A DNA stretch of 64,000 nucleotides. Source: Vicugna vicugna (lineage: Eukaryota). Shown here piece after piece: positions 51,621-61,599 of this stretch. Below the pieces are notes generated by a model, which made no database searches, was not told where the DNA came from, and saw nothing but the letters and a program-made list of their open reading frames with translations. Position numbers and translations under genes: made by a program. How positions within the stretch are numbered: the stretch's first letter is position 1; each line of letters starts with the position of its first letter. The DNA lies in NCBI GenBank assembly GCA_013265495.1, contig MU058584.1, positions 6,724,407 through 6,788,406 on the forward strand. The letters run 5' to 3'.

Positions 51621-52109
51621 TATGGTAGGCTGAATAATAACCTCTCCAAAGATATCCAGTTTCTCCTAAGTCCAGAATTTGCAAGTCTGTTACCTTACAC
51701 GGCAAAAGGAACTTTACGGATACGATTAAATAAAGAATCTTGAGATGGGGAGATGATCCCAGATTATCTGGGCTGGCCCCATGTAATCAGAAGGGTCTTT
51801 ATAAGAGGCAAGTGGGAAGTTAGAGAGGAAATATTTTTAAAGGTTCAATGATGCTAGCTTTGAAGATGGAGATGGGAAACTTGAGCCAAGGAATGCATGG
51901 AATACAACTCTAGATGCCTGAAAAGGCAAGGAAATGGGTTTTCCCCTAGTGGCTGCAGAGTGAGCACAGTCCTGCCAGCACCTTGGTTTCAGCCCAGTGA
52001 AACCCATCTTGGACACCTAAACTCCAAAACTATCAGATGATAAATTGGTACTGTTTTAAGCCACTAATTTGTGGTAATTTGTTAAAGCAGCAATAAGAAA
52101 CTTATATAC
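51621..52109 (+). mobile_element. MLT1C/D MaLR solo LTR
   Basis: tggtaggctgaataat...gttaccttacacggcaaaaggaactt...ttttaagccactaatttgtggtaatttgttaaagcagcaataagaaac. Confidence 0.85.
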
Positions 52110-52319
52110 CTACCTAGATTTCCACAAAACAAAGAAACCCAACAAAATCATAACCCCTCTTCCTTTCCATCCTTAAAGGACAGATATATCAACAAGTATA
52201 GTGGACCTTACACAAATGTTGAGGGTTTTGTAAAAGATCTGATATTCTGTGATATTTACATGTTCTTCAAAGTCTTTCAACCTACAACAGTAACCTCCTC
52301 CATGATCTCTGGCTCTCTC

Positions 52320-52470
52320 TGCTCCTTTCTCCTTCTCTAAGTTTTGTCATTTTAATTATAGAATGTGTCTTGATGTGTTCTTTTGGGGTTCATCCTCTGT
52401 GGGACTCTCTGTACCTCCTGGACTTGGATGCCTGTTTCTTTTCCCAAGTTTTCAGTTAGTATGTCTTCAA
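52320..52470 (-). mobile_element. L1 ORF1-region fragment, antisense
   Basis: gtcattttaattatagaatgtgtcttgatgtg...gggactctctgtacctcctggacttggatg. Confidence 0.65.
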
Positions 52471-52484
52471 ATATGTTCCAACTT

Positions 52485-54399
52485 CAGCTTAATTCCAGCT
52501 GAGACTCTGGGAAATGGAACAGCACCAAAAGACTGTCTTAGCACCACAACCCCACAAAATCTATCAAAGCCACCAAGATAAGGATCTCCCTCTAATGAGC
52601 CGTAAAACTGATCATCCTTTTTCCTTAAGCCTCCTGTTCTAGATGGAAGGCTGTTGGCAATTGCTGCCATTTTCCTGGTGACTTACAGTTATTTGTAACT
52701 TGTGCAATAGATGGGAACTCAGAGATGCAAGATAAATTCTTTTTTATTTAGTTCCTTTAGTCACCTTTTGATTTTCCTGCTCCTGGGGTAATACTAACAG
52801 TGTAAAAGCAACCTTGTCATTTTGTAAAAGAACACCAGGTGGAGGAACCACTCTGCTTATGGTTAGACCCAGCTTTCAAGTCTGTGTTTCTCAACAGTGC
52901 ATCCAAGGGCCAAAATTCGTAGTGAATAACAGCCAAACTCTGTCATAGACCTCTGTTGCAATTTTCACCTCCTTGTTAGCTCCTGGATGAAATGTAATCT
53001 TTTATTACCTAAGTTCTAGAATATGTTGGTTTTATTATTTTCCTGATCAGAATTTTCTAGTTCAGTTTTCTTTTTTTTTTTAATTTTATTCATTCATTCA
53101 TTCATTCATTCTAGTCTTAGCTCTTTCATCCATTCACGTATAATTACCTCCTATGGTAAAACATATTAACAATTTGGTATATATTCATTCATATTTCCCT
53201 CACTAATCAAAATCTATTACAGATTAAATGAGTGATTGTGTGCATGTGTGTCCATACATATACAGAATTCTTTTAATTATTGCTTATTTTTGAAATTAGG
53301 ATTATATTATAAGCACTTTTCTATTCCTTGCTTTTATTTCTAATACTTTTTGGGGTATTTCTCCAAGCTATATGTAATAGCTCTAATTCATTCTTTTGGG
53401 TCCCTGCAAAATATTCCATGGAGGGGATGGAATAATTTATCTATTTCTCTAACAATGAGCATTCATTTTATCCTCAGGTTTTTGGCACTTTGAACAACAT
53501 GGAAATAAACTTCTTTATTCAGTATTTTGAAATACACTTGTATTTGCATTTCTGTAGGATGGATTCCCAAGAGTGAAACTGCCAGATCAAATAGTAAGAA
53601 AAACTTTTTAAGAAAAAACTTTTTTTAAAGAAAAACAGTGAGCATGTTAGTTTTATCATCTTCATCATCATCATCATAATGACAAACCTCATTAAAGGAA
53701 AGGTTTTACATAACTTTACATCTGTGATCTAGGACTCACAGATACATGACATAGACAGATAAAATACATGAAAAATATATCTTTGTAAATAAACACAGCA
53801 TTCCTATGAATGTGAAACTTAAAATATGGAAAGTTCTTAAATTTTCAGCAGAAAGTGCAATGGACTCTAAACCTAATTCAGCACTGCCTGCACAAAGTGT
53901 TGTGCAGTTGTCCCTTCCTAAGAGGCTGAATCTTTGGAATGTTCCACAGAAGCACTAGGAATCCAGTCTGAATCTCCAAAGGCTATCATCATTTTGTATG
54001 AACTTTTCAGCCATTAAGCATTACCAGACATGACAACATAGTGTCACAAGAATTATCTGCCGCACTAGATAAGTCAACTAGAAGATAAGAAAACAAAAGT
54101 TTTCTTTGAAATACAGAGCAAATCATGCTCCTCTCTCAGGAAGCATTAGAGAGATTGATAGGACCAGACACGTCTCTATTTTTACCAACTGGCAGATACA
54201 GATTTGATAATGGCACCAGCAAGTGTAGCAGTGTAGACACTGCCAATCTGCAGCAAGTTGTAACTATGGGCAAGGCAGCCAATCCAGCCTGCACTCTCCA
54301 CAGCACTGTTTCAGAAGACTTTAACACATAAATACATAAACCAGTTTCTCCGCAGAGCACTCTAGACTTGTCCCCCAAATAGCAGTGTGCAGTATCACT
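52485..54399 (-). pseudogene. Putative unprocessed pseudogene fragment with WSC-like and REJ-like motifs (polycystin-1-family-like)
   Basis: Four AG/GT-bounded segments: 54399-54186, 54077-about 53873, 52982-52687 and 52591-about 52485. Decayed peptides include AGWIGCL, S*CFCGTFQRFSLLGRDNCTTLCAG and KLQIT|REILILVALIDFVGLWC*DS, with stops and frameshifts. Domain calls are by eye. Confidence 0.45.
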
Positions 54400-55321
54400 C
54401 TACAGGAAAAATGTGTGAAATAATTTAACACAATCTGACAGGCTTACACGATCCTACTATCTATTTTCAACAACTTAGGAGATGTTTTGGCTCTAAACTT
54501 TTCCATCCTAATCTTAGCTACCACCTCAGTACTTTATTCATCAAAACAACGAAGCATAATATTCTGACCTCTAAGCCAAGGCTGATTCTGAATTCCTGTA
54601 GCAGATCTTTTGAAACTAACATGAATTGGAGGTCATCCAGTTGAGTAGCCCTTTATTCATACTGCCCAAATAGCATCAGTCTACATTTTCTTCTTATCCT
54701 TCTGATTAAACAACTTTCAAGTTTAACTGAAACTAATCCCAAATTAAGAGTCCCTGTAGTATATTTATTACTCTGGATTTTTAAACCAGACATGGAGAGA
54801 AGCTTCTTCCTAGGACAGCCAAGAAAGCCCTCAGCTCCACCCTCAGCACCCTAAGCTAAAACTCTACTTTAACTGTTCCTTATATGCTCACATGAAAACA
54901 AGAATCATTATTGTCAGTGCTATGTCAGTATTGAGGGAAAGAATTTAAAATCAACCCACCGTGAACATTGTGCATTATGTGATCCACCACATACAAATAC
55001 ATCAGTACACATGTTTAATTATATATAATACATACCATATGTAATTGTATATTACACTATCTGCACCATTCACATAAGCATGTACATTAAACTACTAACC
55101 TTATATATTATGTATGATGGTTTATCACACATAAAACCCCAGACCATATGAATAGTCTATTCTACATAGCACCATTACTGTTACAAAGGACAGCATTACT
55201 CCTCTCTCTCAGTGCAGGAAGGAACCTCTCTCTCTCTCTCTCCCCACTCAGGGCAGGGAGGAATCTCTGTTTCTTGACCCAGGGATGAGAGGAAACTCTT
55301 TTCCTCTCCTTTTCCCCACGA

Positions 55322-55325
<4 letters not shown>

Positions 55326-55353
<28 letters not shown>
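55326..55353 (+). repeat. (CA)n microsatellite
   Basis: Seen directly. Confidence 0.9.
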
Positions 55354-55354
<1 letters not shown>

Positions 55355-55359
55355 GCAAT

Positions 55360-56078
55360 AAGTTTATTAATTTATCATGATGATTACTTACGATTCATTA
55401 AGTGTAAGTGGGTCATCATAAAGATCTCATCCGCACGTCGCCACACTGAGTAAGCCGAGGAGGAAGAGGAGGCACTGGTCTTGCTGTCCTGGGTGGCAGA
55501 GGTGGAGGAGGTGGAAGGGGAGGCAGGAGAGGCAGGGACACTCAGCGTAACTTTATGGAAATACATCATAGCTTCTGTATGACTTTTTTGCTTTTTCATT
55601 TCTCTAAAAATATTTGTATATGGTAGTCCTTCCACCATTTGCTTTAGTTCCGGTGCCTGTATCATAGAAGGATCCATGCTGTAAAAGCAGTCAGAAGCAG
55701 TCTTGAATAGTCAAAATCCTTGGGGGTTGTCTGATGTCAATTTGCTTCCTAGGACTGCTGCTTCTCCGGCCTTCTCATCTTGTTCACTGGACTGGTTCAA
55801 AAGCACTCATCTCCACCAAGTTGTCCTCTGTTAATGCAGTGTCTACTAGCCCTGAATTTACCGTCGTAAATGATAAAATAGGCAAATATCCACATATTTA
55901 TGCATTCCTGGCATACATAGATTTTCCTGAAGTTTTCTGGATATTTTTAGGCTGCTAGGTTTGTCTGTGCTTTTTTCAAATTACCGAAAATCTCCAAAAT
56001 TTTCCAATATATGTATTTTAAAAATCCATTTATAAGTGGCCCCATGCAGCTCAAACTCTGCTTTTCAAGGGTCAACTG
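55360..56078 (-). mobile_element. Tigger2-family (TcMar-Tigger) DNA transposon fragment
   Basis: Right end ...tcaagggtcaactg|TA is the reverse of the CAGTTGACCCTTGA TIR with TA target; minus ORF PYTNIFREMKKQK...SVPASPASPSTSSTSAT resembles the Tigger2 tail. Confidence 0.8.
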
Positions 56079-56354
56079 TACTCTCTTTTGGTCACATGTC
56101 TTGAGACCTCATGAAACATCTAAGAAATGCACAGATGTTACCCAGCGCCAAACATCAGTCACCTCGTCCACAGAGGAAAGGCACACACATCCTTTTTCCA
56201 AGGCCTGCTCAGAACCCTTTGGTGGGAAAGCGCTTTGCAGAAGCAAAGGACCGCAGGAAACTGAGGGACAGAATAAATGAGTCGCCAAACAACACATTCC
56301 TGGATGACTCCTACAGCTGCACAAGAAAAAAAGGGAGGAGAGCACAAGTCACAT

Positions 56355-57075
56355 CTCCGTCCCTCGCTGGACTCGGGCAGTGGGCGCTGTGGTCCACCAG
56401 CCTGCCGCGGCGAGGACGTGGGTGCGGCTGCGGGGAGGGTCCCTCCTGGCCGCGGCATCTGCCCACGGCCGGGCCTGGGTGCTCGCCGCCACAGGCCCTC
56501 TGCGGGCCCTGGGTCGCCCTCCCTCCCAGGGCCTCAGAACCTACTTGGGTCCTGGGTATTCGGACCTGCAAAGACCCCGCATAACGTGCCCAGGGGGCGG
56601 CAGCTCCAGGACCCAGCCCCCTCCCCTGGTGGTCAGCGCTTCCAGGGCCCACGGGCCCCGGGGAGGGAACTCCCGGGCGGGTGCCCCTACTTCACGCCCC
56701 TCCTTACCAGCTACCCACCCTCCGCCCTTCACCCCGTAACTGCACTTCACCCTCAGGCTCTTCCTGCCTCAGTCCTCTGCTCAGCGCGGCCCTTCAGCCG
56801 TCCACTTACGCCCGCCATTCGTTGCCTCACTCCCCGCGGCCCTCCCGGCGCTCTTTCCGTTGATCCTCGGTCCTACCGTGGGCCTCGGCCTTTTCCTTTG
56901 ACCCTGGGCCCTTTCAGTCATAACTCGGCTGCCTTGGTCAACGCAGTGCCCTTCAGCCAGCCTCGGGCCGTTCCGTCGCCCCTCGGCTCTCCCCGCCAAC
57001 TCTCGGTTCTTTCCGTCACACCTCGTCTCTTGGCCTGGATCCACGAGTTATCCCTTGCACAGTCAGACCGTGGGA
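56355..57075. promoter_or_regulatory. CpG island (orphan; no coding gene identified)
   Basis: About 700 bp of very GC-rich sequence with dense CpGs and GC boxes (gggggcgg, gggcggg) in an otherwise CpG-depleted window. Confidence 0.8.
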
Positions 57076-57170
57076 TCCACTCATACTTAATCTGAGATTG
57101 TTTCCTTGTCTTTACTGAAATCACACCTTCTCAAAGAGGTGTTTTCTTCTGGAAGCCCCAGCATCGTCTC

Positions 57171-57520
57171 GGGGTTAGAGGTCAGCGGTCAAGGGTAATG
57201 GCCAATATCCAGGTCAGGGTCAGGGATCACAGTCAGAATCATGGTTAGAGAATTAGGGTTAGGGGTAAGAATTGGAGGTCAGGACTGGATCAAGATTAAA
57301 GGTCATGGTCAAAGGTTGGGGTCAGGTGTTAGGGATCAGAATCACATCAGGGTTAGAGGATTCGGGTTAAAGGGTCAGGTTCAGGGTCACAGTCAGTGTA
57401 ATGGGTCAGGATTGATGGTGTGGTCAGGAGTCAGGGTGAGGACAAGGTCAAGGATGAAGGCAAGACCTGGCTTAGGGCTTCAGGGTTAATTATTAGGGGT
57501 TAGGTTCAGGGTAGGTTTAA
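57171..57520 (+). repeat. Degenerate telomere-like hexamer array (GGGTTA/GGGTCA/AGGTCA)
   Basis: 6-bp periodicity over about 350 bp; (TCAGGG)2 at 57214-57225 and (TTAGGG)2 at 57253-57264. Confidence 0.8.
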
Positions 57521-59387
57521 GCATAACTGGCCTTCTTCCCCTTCCTCCCTTCTCATCTCTCTAAGGCCTCCAGGATGGAAAGGAGCCTCACTGGTCACAC
57601 ATGAGTGTGGGGTTGAGCTGGACTTTTGGTTTTCTGCCCCCTAATCCTGGGGTCTGGTAGAAGATGAGTGTGAATCTGACCTTTTGACCTGATGGAGTCA
57701 TCCAAAACATCTACCACACAGAGGTTATGTAGAGTTTCCCTCCACCCTCCTATGTAGAAAAGGTGGTGCTGGCCCCACTCCGCCTGGGCAGCCCCAGGTC
57801 CAGCTCAGCCCTGACATACGAGGGCACTCAGTAGGCACTGTGGATTTATACAGGACTGGGTGCAGCAACCTGTCAGCCCCCAGGTGTTGCCTTCTTGAGG
57901 GCTTCTTGAAGATACTTCCTAGGACTGACTGCATCCTATGTCCCGTCCAAGTGGGCAACAGTAGACAAGCAGGTCTTTGACACAATATCCCTTGACCTCT
58001 GACCATCCAGGCAGGCAACTGCAGTCCTCCATCTCAAGTCAGACTGGGCCCTATTAAACCTGCATGACCAATTCCTCAGCTGATCGTCTCTGTGGGTCTC
58101 AGGACTGCCCTCCTCCAGGAAGGCATCCTCAGTCAGGATTGAAACCCTTTGTGTTCCAAAATGGCCTATGTGTGAGTAGGGTGCTTGGCAGGGGCTGCTG
58201 TCCATTGGTTCCCGGCTCTTCCATCCCTGCTTCTCCCAAGAGGGGCCCTTGTAGGAAAAGCTCCTCAGATTCTCCTCTTTCAGTTTCATCTTCTCTCCCC
58301 ATTTTGGAAGGCTCTGAAGCACATTCTCTGGTTCCCCTGTAAAGCCAGCGTCAGATTTTGAAACACCACCAAGAGATCCCTGAGCCCAGCATTGCCATGG
58401 CTTAATCAAAGGGGCTCAGGTGGAAAACAGAACCACACCAGGCCCTGCCGATGTCCCTACTGGGAATGAATCACGTCAGAGCACTGGGGCTCATAGACTT
58501 CAGAGGAACCCTACCCTTGGACTGGTCCTCCTCCTTCCTCTCACCTGCTGGTTAGAAACCCAGGCACCCCCCATCCTGGATCCACCCCCTAGGGCCTGGA
58601 TTCTGGGACAGCTTAGGGGCAATGCAAGACCCTCACACTCCTTTATCTGCCTGGAGGTGAGAATGTCTTTAAAGCTGCAACTGGCTGATTTTGGAGGGCT
58701 GAGTGTTTCCAGCAGGTATAGGCAGAAAGTTGGAGTGTGAGGTTCCCGTATCTACAGGGCCTCCCCCGTGGAAAAAGCTGCTTATTCCCTCTGTCAGTCA
58801 GCTCCCCACACCACCCTCCCAGGAAGCTCAGATCTGGGATTAAGAGGGCAGACGTTCTCCCGCTGCTTGTCTGTAAATTCCCACTTCCACAGGGAGGAGG
58901 CTGGCTCCCATCATCTGACTTTAATTCATTGCTCACTCTGTTCCAGATCACAGAGTACTTTCAGCATTCTTCTTCCCCATGGAAAAAAAGCTTTATAAAT
59001 TAGGGTCCACTGTTTATGTACAGTACACTTTGCCTTTATTCTACAGTTTCTATTTCCAAGTTACTGAGGTCAGCACCACAACAGTCAGATTTTTCCATTC
59101 ATTTTTAATACAGTTAGATTCTTTGTCACATTCTGTATTCCATCCTGTGACACTCCGCTTCCAAAATAACTAGATTTGAATCGGCTACACTTTACTCCTT
59201 GGGCTGTAAAAATCCATGAGTTTAGACAAATGCATAGTGGCAGGTGTTCATCCTAAATGAACATGGTGTACTTCAAAAACCCCGCCCCGTGATCTGTTTA
59301 CCATCTCTGTCGTTTTGCCTTGTCCAGAATGTCAAATAAATGGGGTCATACAGTGTATATAGCCTCTTCCAACTGGATTCTTTCAGC

Positions 59388-59540
59388 TGTGAAGGGAAAA
59401 TCAAAATGGAGTTGGTATTGCTAAGAGAGTTTTTTTAAATGGAGCTGAGAGACCATTTGGGAAGTGCAACTTACCACGCCTCAGCCTAAATGGAATCTGA
59501 CCCTTTGACCTGATGGAGTCATCTGGAACATCTACCACAC
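59388..59540 (+). mobile_element. 5' fragment of an ERV1-type LTR inserted in antisense L1 remnants (about 58980-59730)
   Basis: Begins TGTGAAGGGAAAATCAAAATGGAG, typical of an LTR U3 start; flanked by minus-strand L1 sequence. Confidence 0.55.
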
Positions 59541-59984
59541 TTTTCGTAGATAGGCTTTTGGTGTTTTGTGTTAAAACTCGTCAACAGATCCAAAGTCATG
59601 AATGTTTTTTTCTGTTTTCTTCTAGAATGTTTATAGTTTTGCAATTTAAATGTGTCTATGGACAATTCTGAGTGACTTTTGGTGTCAGTTGTAAAGTTTA
59701 TGTCTGCATTCATTTCATTCCATGTGGTTTCTCACGCACAGGCAGAGCACATGTGTGCACACAGGCACACGCACACACATAGCACACATACAGGGAAGAT
59801 AGTGAATACCGTAAAACATTAATTCCCGGACACAAGTGAAGCTCATATATGTTGTTCCCTTTTTCTTAGCTTTGGTTGTTTTCAAAATAAAAAGTTTAAG
59901 AGAAAAGCTAATGGCAAATGACTTGATTCATAGGATTTTCTGAAGGAATTCCATAAATATCGTAAGACATGAGAAATCAACATA

Positions 59985-60152
59985 ACTATTACATGTGTCC
60001 ATTGACGGATGAATGGCGAAGCGAAACATGGTCCACCCATACAGTGGAATGTTATTCGGCCTAAAAAAGAAGGAAATTCTGACACGGGCTAAAGCATGGA
60101 TGAGCCTTGAGGGCATTATGCGCAGTGACATAAGCCAGACACAAAAGAACAA
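59985..60152 (+). mobile_element. L1MB-type 3' fragment
   Basis: tgtccattgacggatgaatgg...aaggaaattctgacac...gcatggatgagccttgagggcattatgcgcagtgacataagccagacacaaaag. Confidence 0.75.
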
Positions 60153-60155
60153 ATA

Positions 60156-61039
60156 ACCCAGAAGTCCAAGATCAAGGTGTCAGCAGGGATTTATTTCCTC
60201 TGAACACTCTACAGAAGTGTCAGAGAGGAGAAACTTTCCTTCTACTCTCTTAGGTTCAGTTATTAGCGCTGTGAATTAAACTAACAAAAGATAGGTTAAA
60301 AGGAAAAAAGGAACACATTTTTAATTAAGATTTACATGCACATGGCTTCACAGAATGAAGTGAAACTCAAAGAAGTGGTTAGACTCAGGGGTTGACGTAC
60401 CCCTTTAGCCAAGGAAAGAGGGTTTGGGTTTCAGGGAAAGGTAAGTTGTGGGGACATGACTAGGAATATATGGGGAACTGATGGAAGCTAAATGTTATTT
60501 TATAAGGTCTGTTTATGCAGCCTTGTCTTGAGGCCAGTTCTCAATCTCTCTGATAAAGTCACTCTCCTCGATCTGACACAGGAAAGAGGGAGGTGTTTGT
60601 GCCACCTTCACAAAGGGATATTTATACCTGCTTTCAGGCAGATAAGGGAGGGCAGACAACTCTTCATGCATTTATTGATTCAATTGCCTTCAGCTCAAAA
60701 TAATTCTTATGCCAAAGTGGCATGTTTTAGGTTGGCAAGTTCTGGTCCCATTCAGAAGGAACTCTTCCAAGACCTCTTTCCTGGAGCTTCTGGAAGTCCC
60801 TTAGCTTATGGCAGCTTCACTCCATTCTTTACCCAGTGTTCTTGTGTGTGTGTGTGTCTCTGTGTCTGATTTTTCCTTTTTATAGGGACACCAGTCCTGT
60901 TGGATTAGGGTTCGCCTTAATGACCTGACTTTAGCTTGGTTACCTCATACAGACCCCATTTGCAAATGTCATCACATTCTGAGGTCTGGGAGTTTGGACT
61001 CCCAACTACTTTTGCAGTGACACGTTTCATCCCATAATA
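60156..61039 (-). mobile_element. MLT1B/C MaLR LTR split by a younger ERV1 LTR
   Basis: cagaagtccaagatcaaggtgtcagcaggg...[insert]...ggacaccagtc...gattaggg...aatgacct...cacattctgagg. Confidence 0.8.
60218..60754 (-). mobile_element. Complete ERV1-type solo LTR (537 bp)
   Basis: TG...CA termini; perfect 4-bp TSD GAAG at 60214-60217 and 60755-60758. Confidence 0.88.
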
Positions 61040-61356
61040 GAGTAATTTTCTGGAACACAGAGGTGGGGGATTCCTTTCATCTTTGGTGTCTTCCAGGAGC
61101 ACAGGGCCAGGTGAAACTACACACCACAGGGTTCTCACCATTTCTCCCCAAAGCTTGTTCCTTCTCTGTTCCCTCGCCCTTACTCAGTCCTTGGGCTCTG
61201 TGTTAGAAACACAGGTGTTGTTGGTGAGCTGTCAGGTGGAGGCATCCAACCCTGCAGAATGGGTTCTGGTCCAAAGCTGAAGACCTTTGGCCCAGGACCG
61301 TGAGCCTGGAGTGGGGAATGGATATGTGAATTCCTATTCTGGTTCTGCATCTGTGT

Positions 61357-61358
<2 letters not shown>

Positions 61359-61396
<38 letters not shown>
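61359..61396 (+). repeat. (GT)n microsatellite
   Basis: Seen directly. Confidence 0.95.
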
Positions 61397-61399
<3 letters not shown>

Positions 61400-61599
61400 A
61401 GACTGAGAGAGACAGACATGCACCCTCAGGACATGACTCACCCCAGGGAGCAGGCAGTGATAAAACCCTGCAGACACTTGAGTGGGAGCTGAAAGGCATC
61501 AGGCACAGTGAGGACATTGTTTTGGAGACTCTTGGAAAATATTAATAAATTTTCCATCCAACAGATTCCAAACCTCTGATTAGGTTTAAAAATTCTCTT

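Noticed and set aside
54400..54447. Extra minus-strand donor (gtaagc at 54447) upstream of pseudo-exon A
   Set aside because: It would give an intron of only about 48 nt, and the upstream sequence shows no coding-like frame.
56277..57095. 272-aa ORF and many overlapping ORFs on both strands
   Set aside because: Pro/Arg/Gly/Ala-rich with no recognisable domain; expected from stop-codon scarcity in a CpG island.
57241..57489. 82-aa G/V/R-rich ORF
   Set aside because: It is the translation of the degenerate hexamer array.
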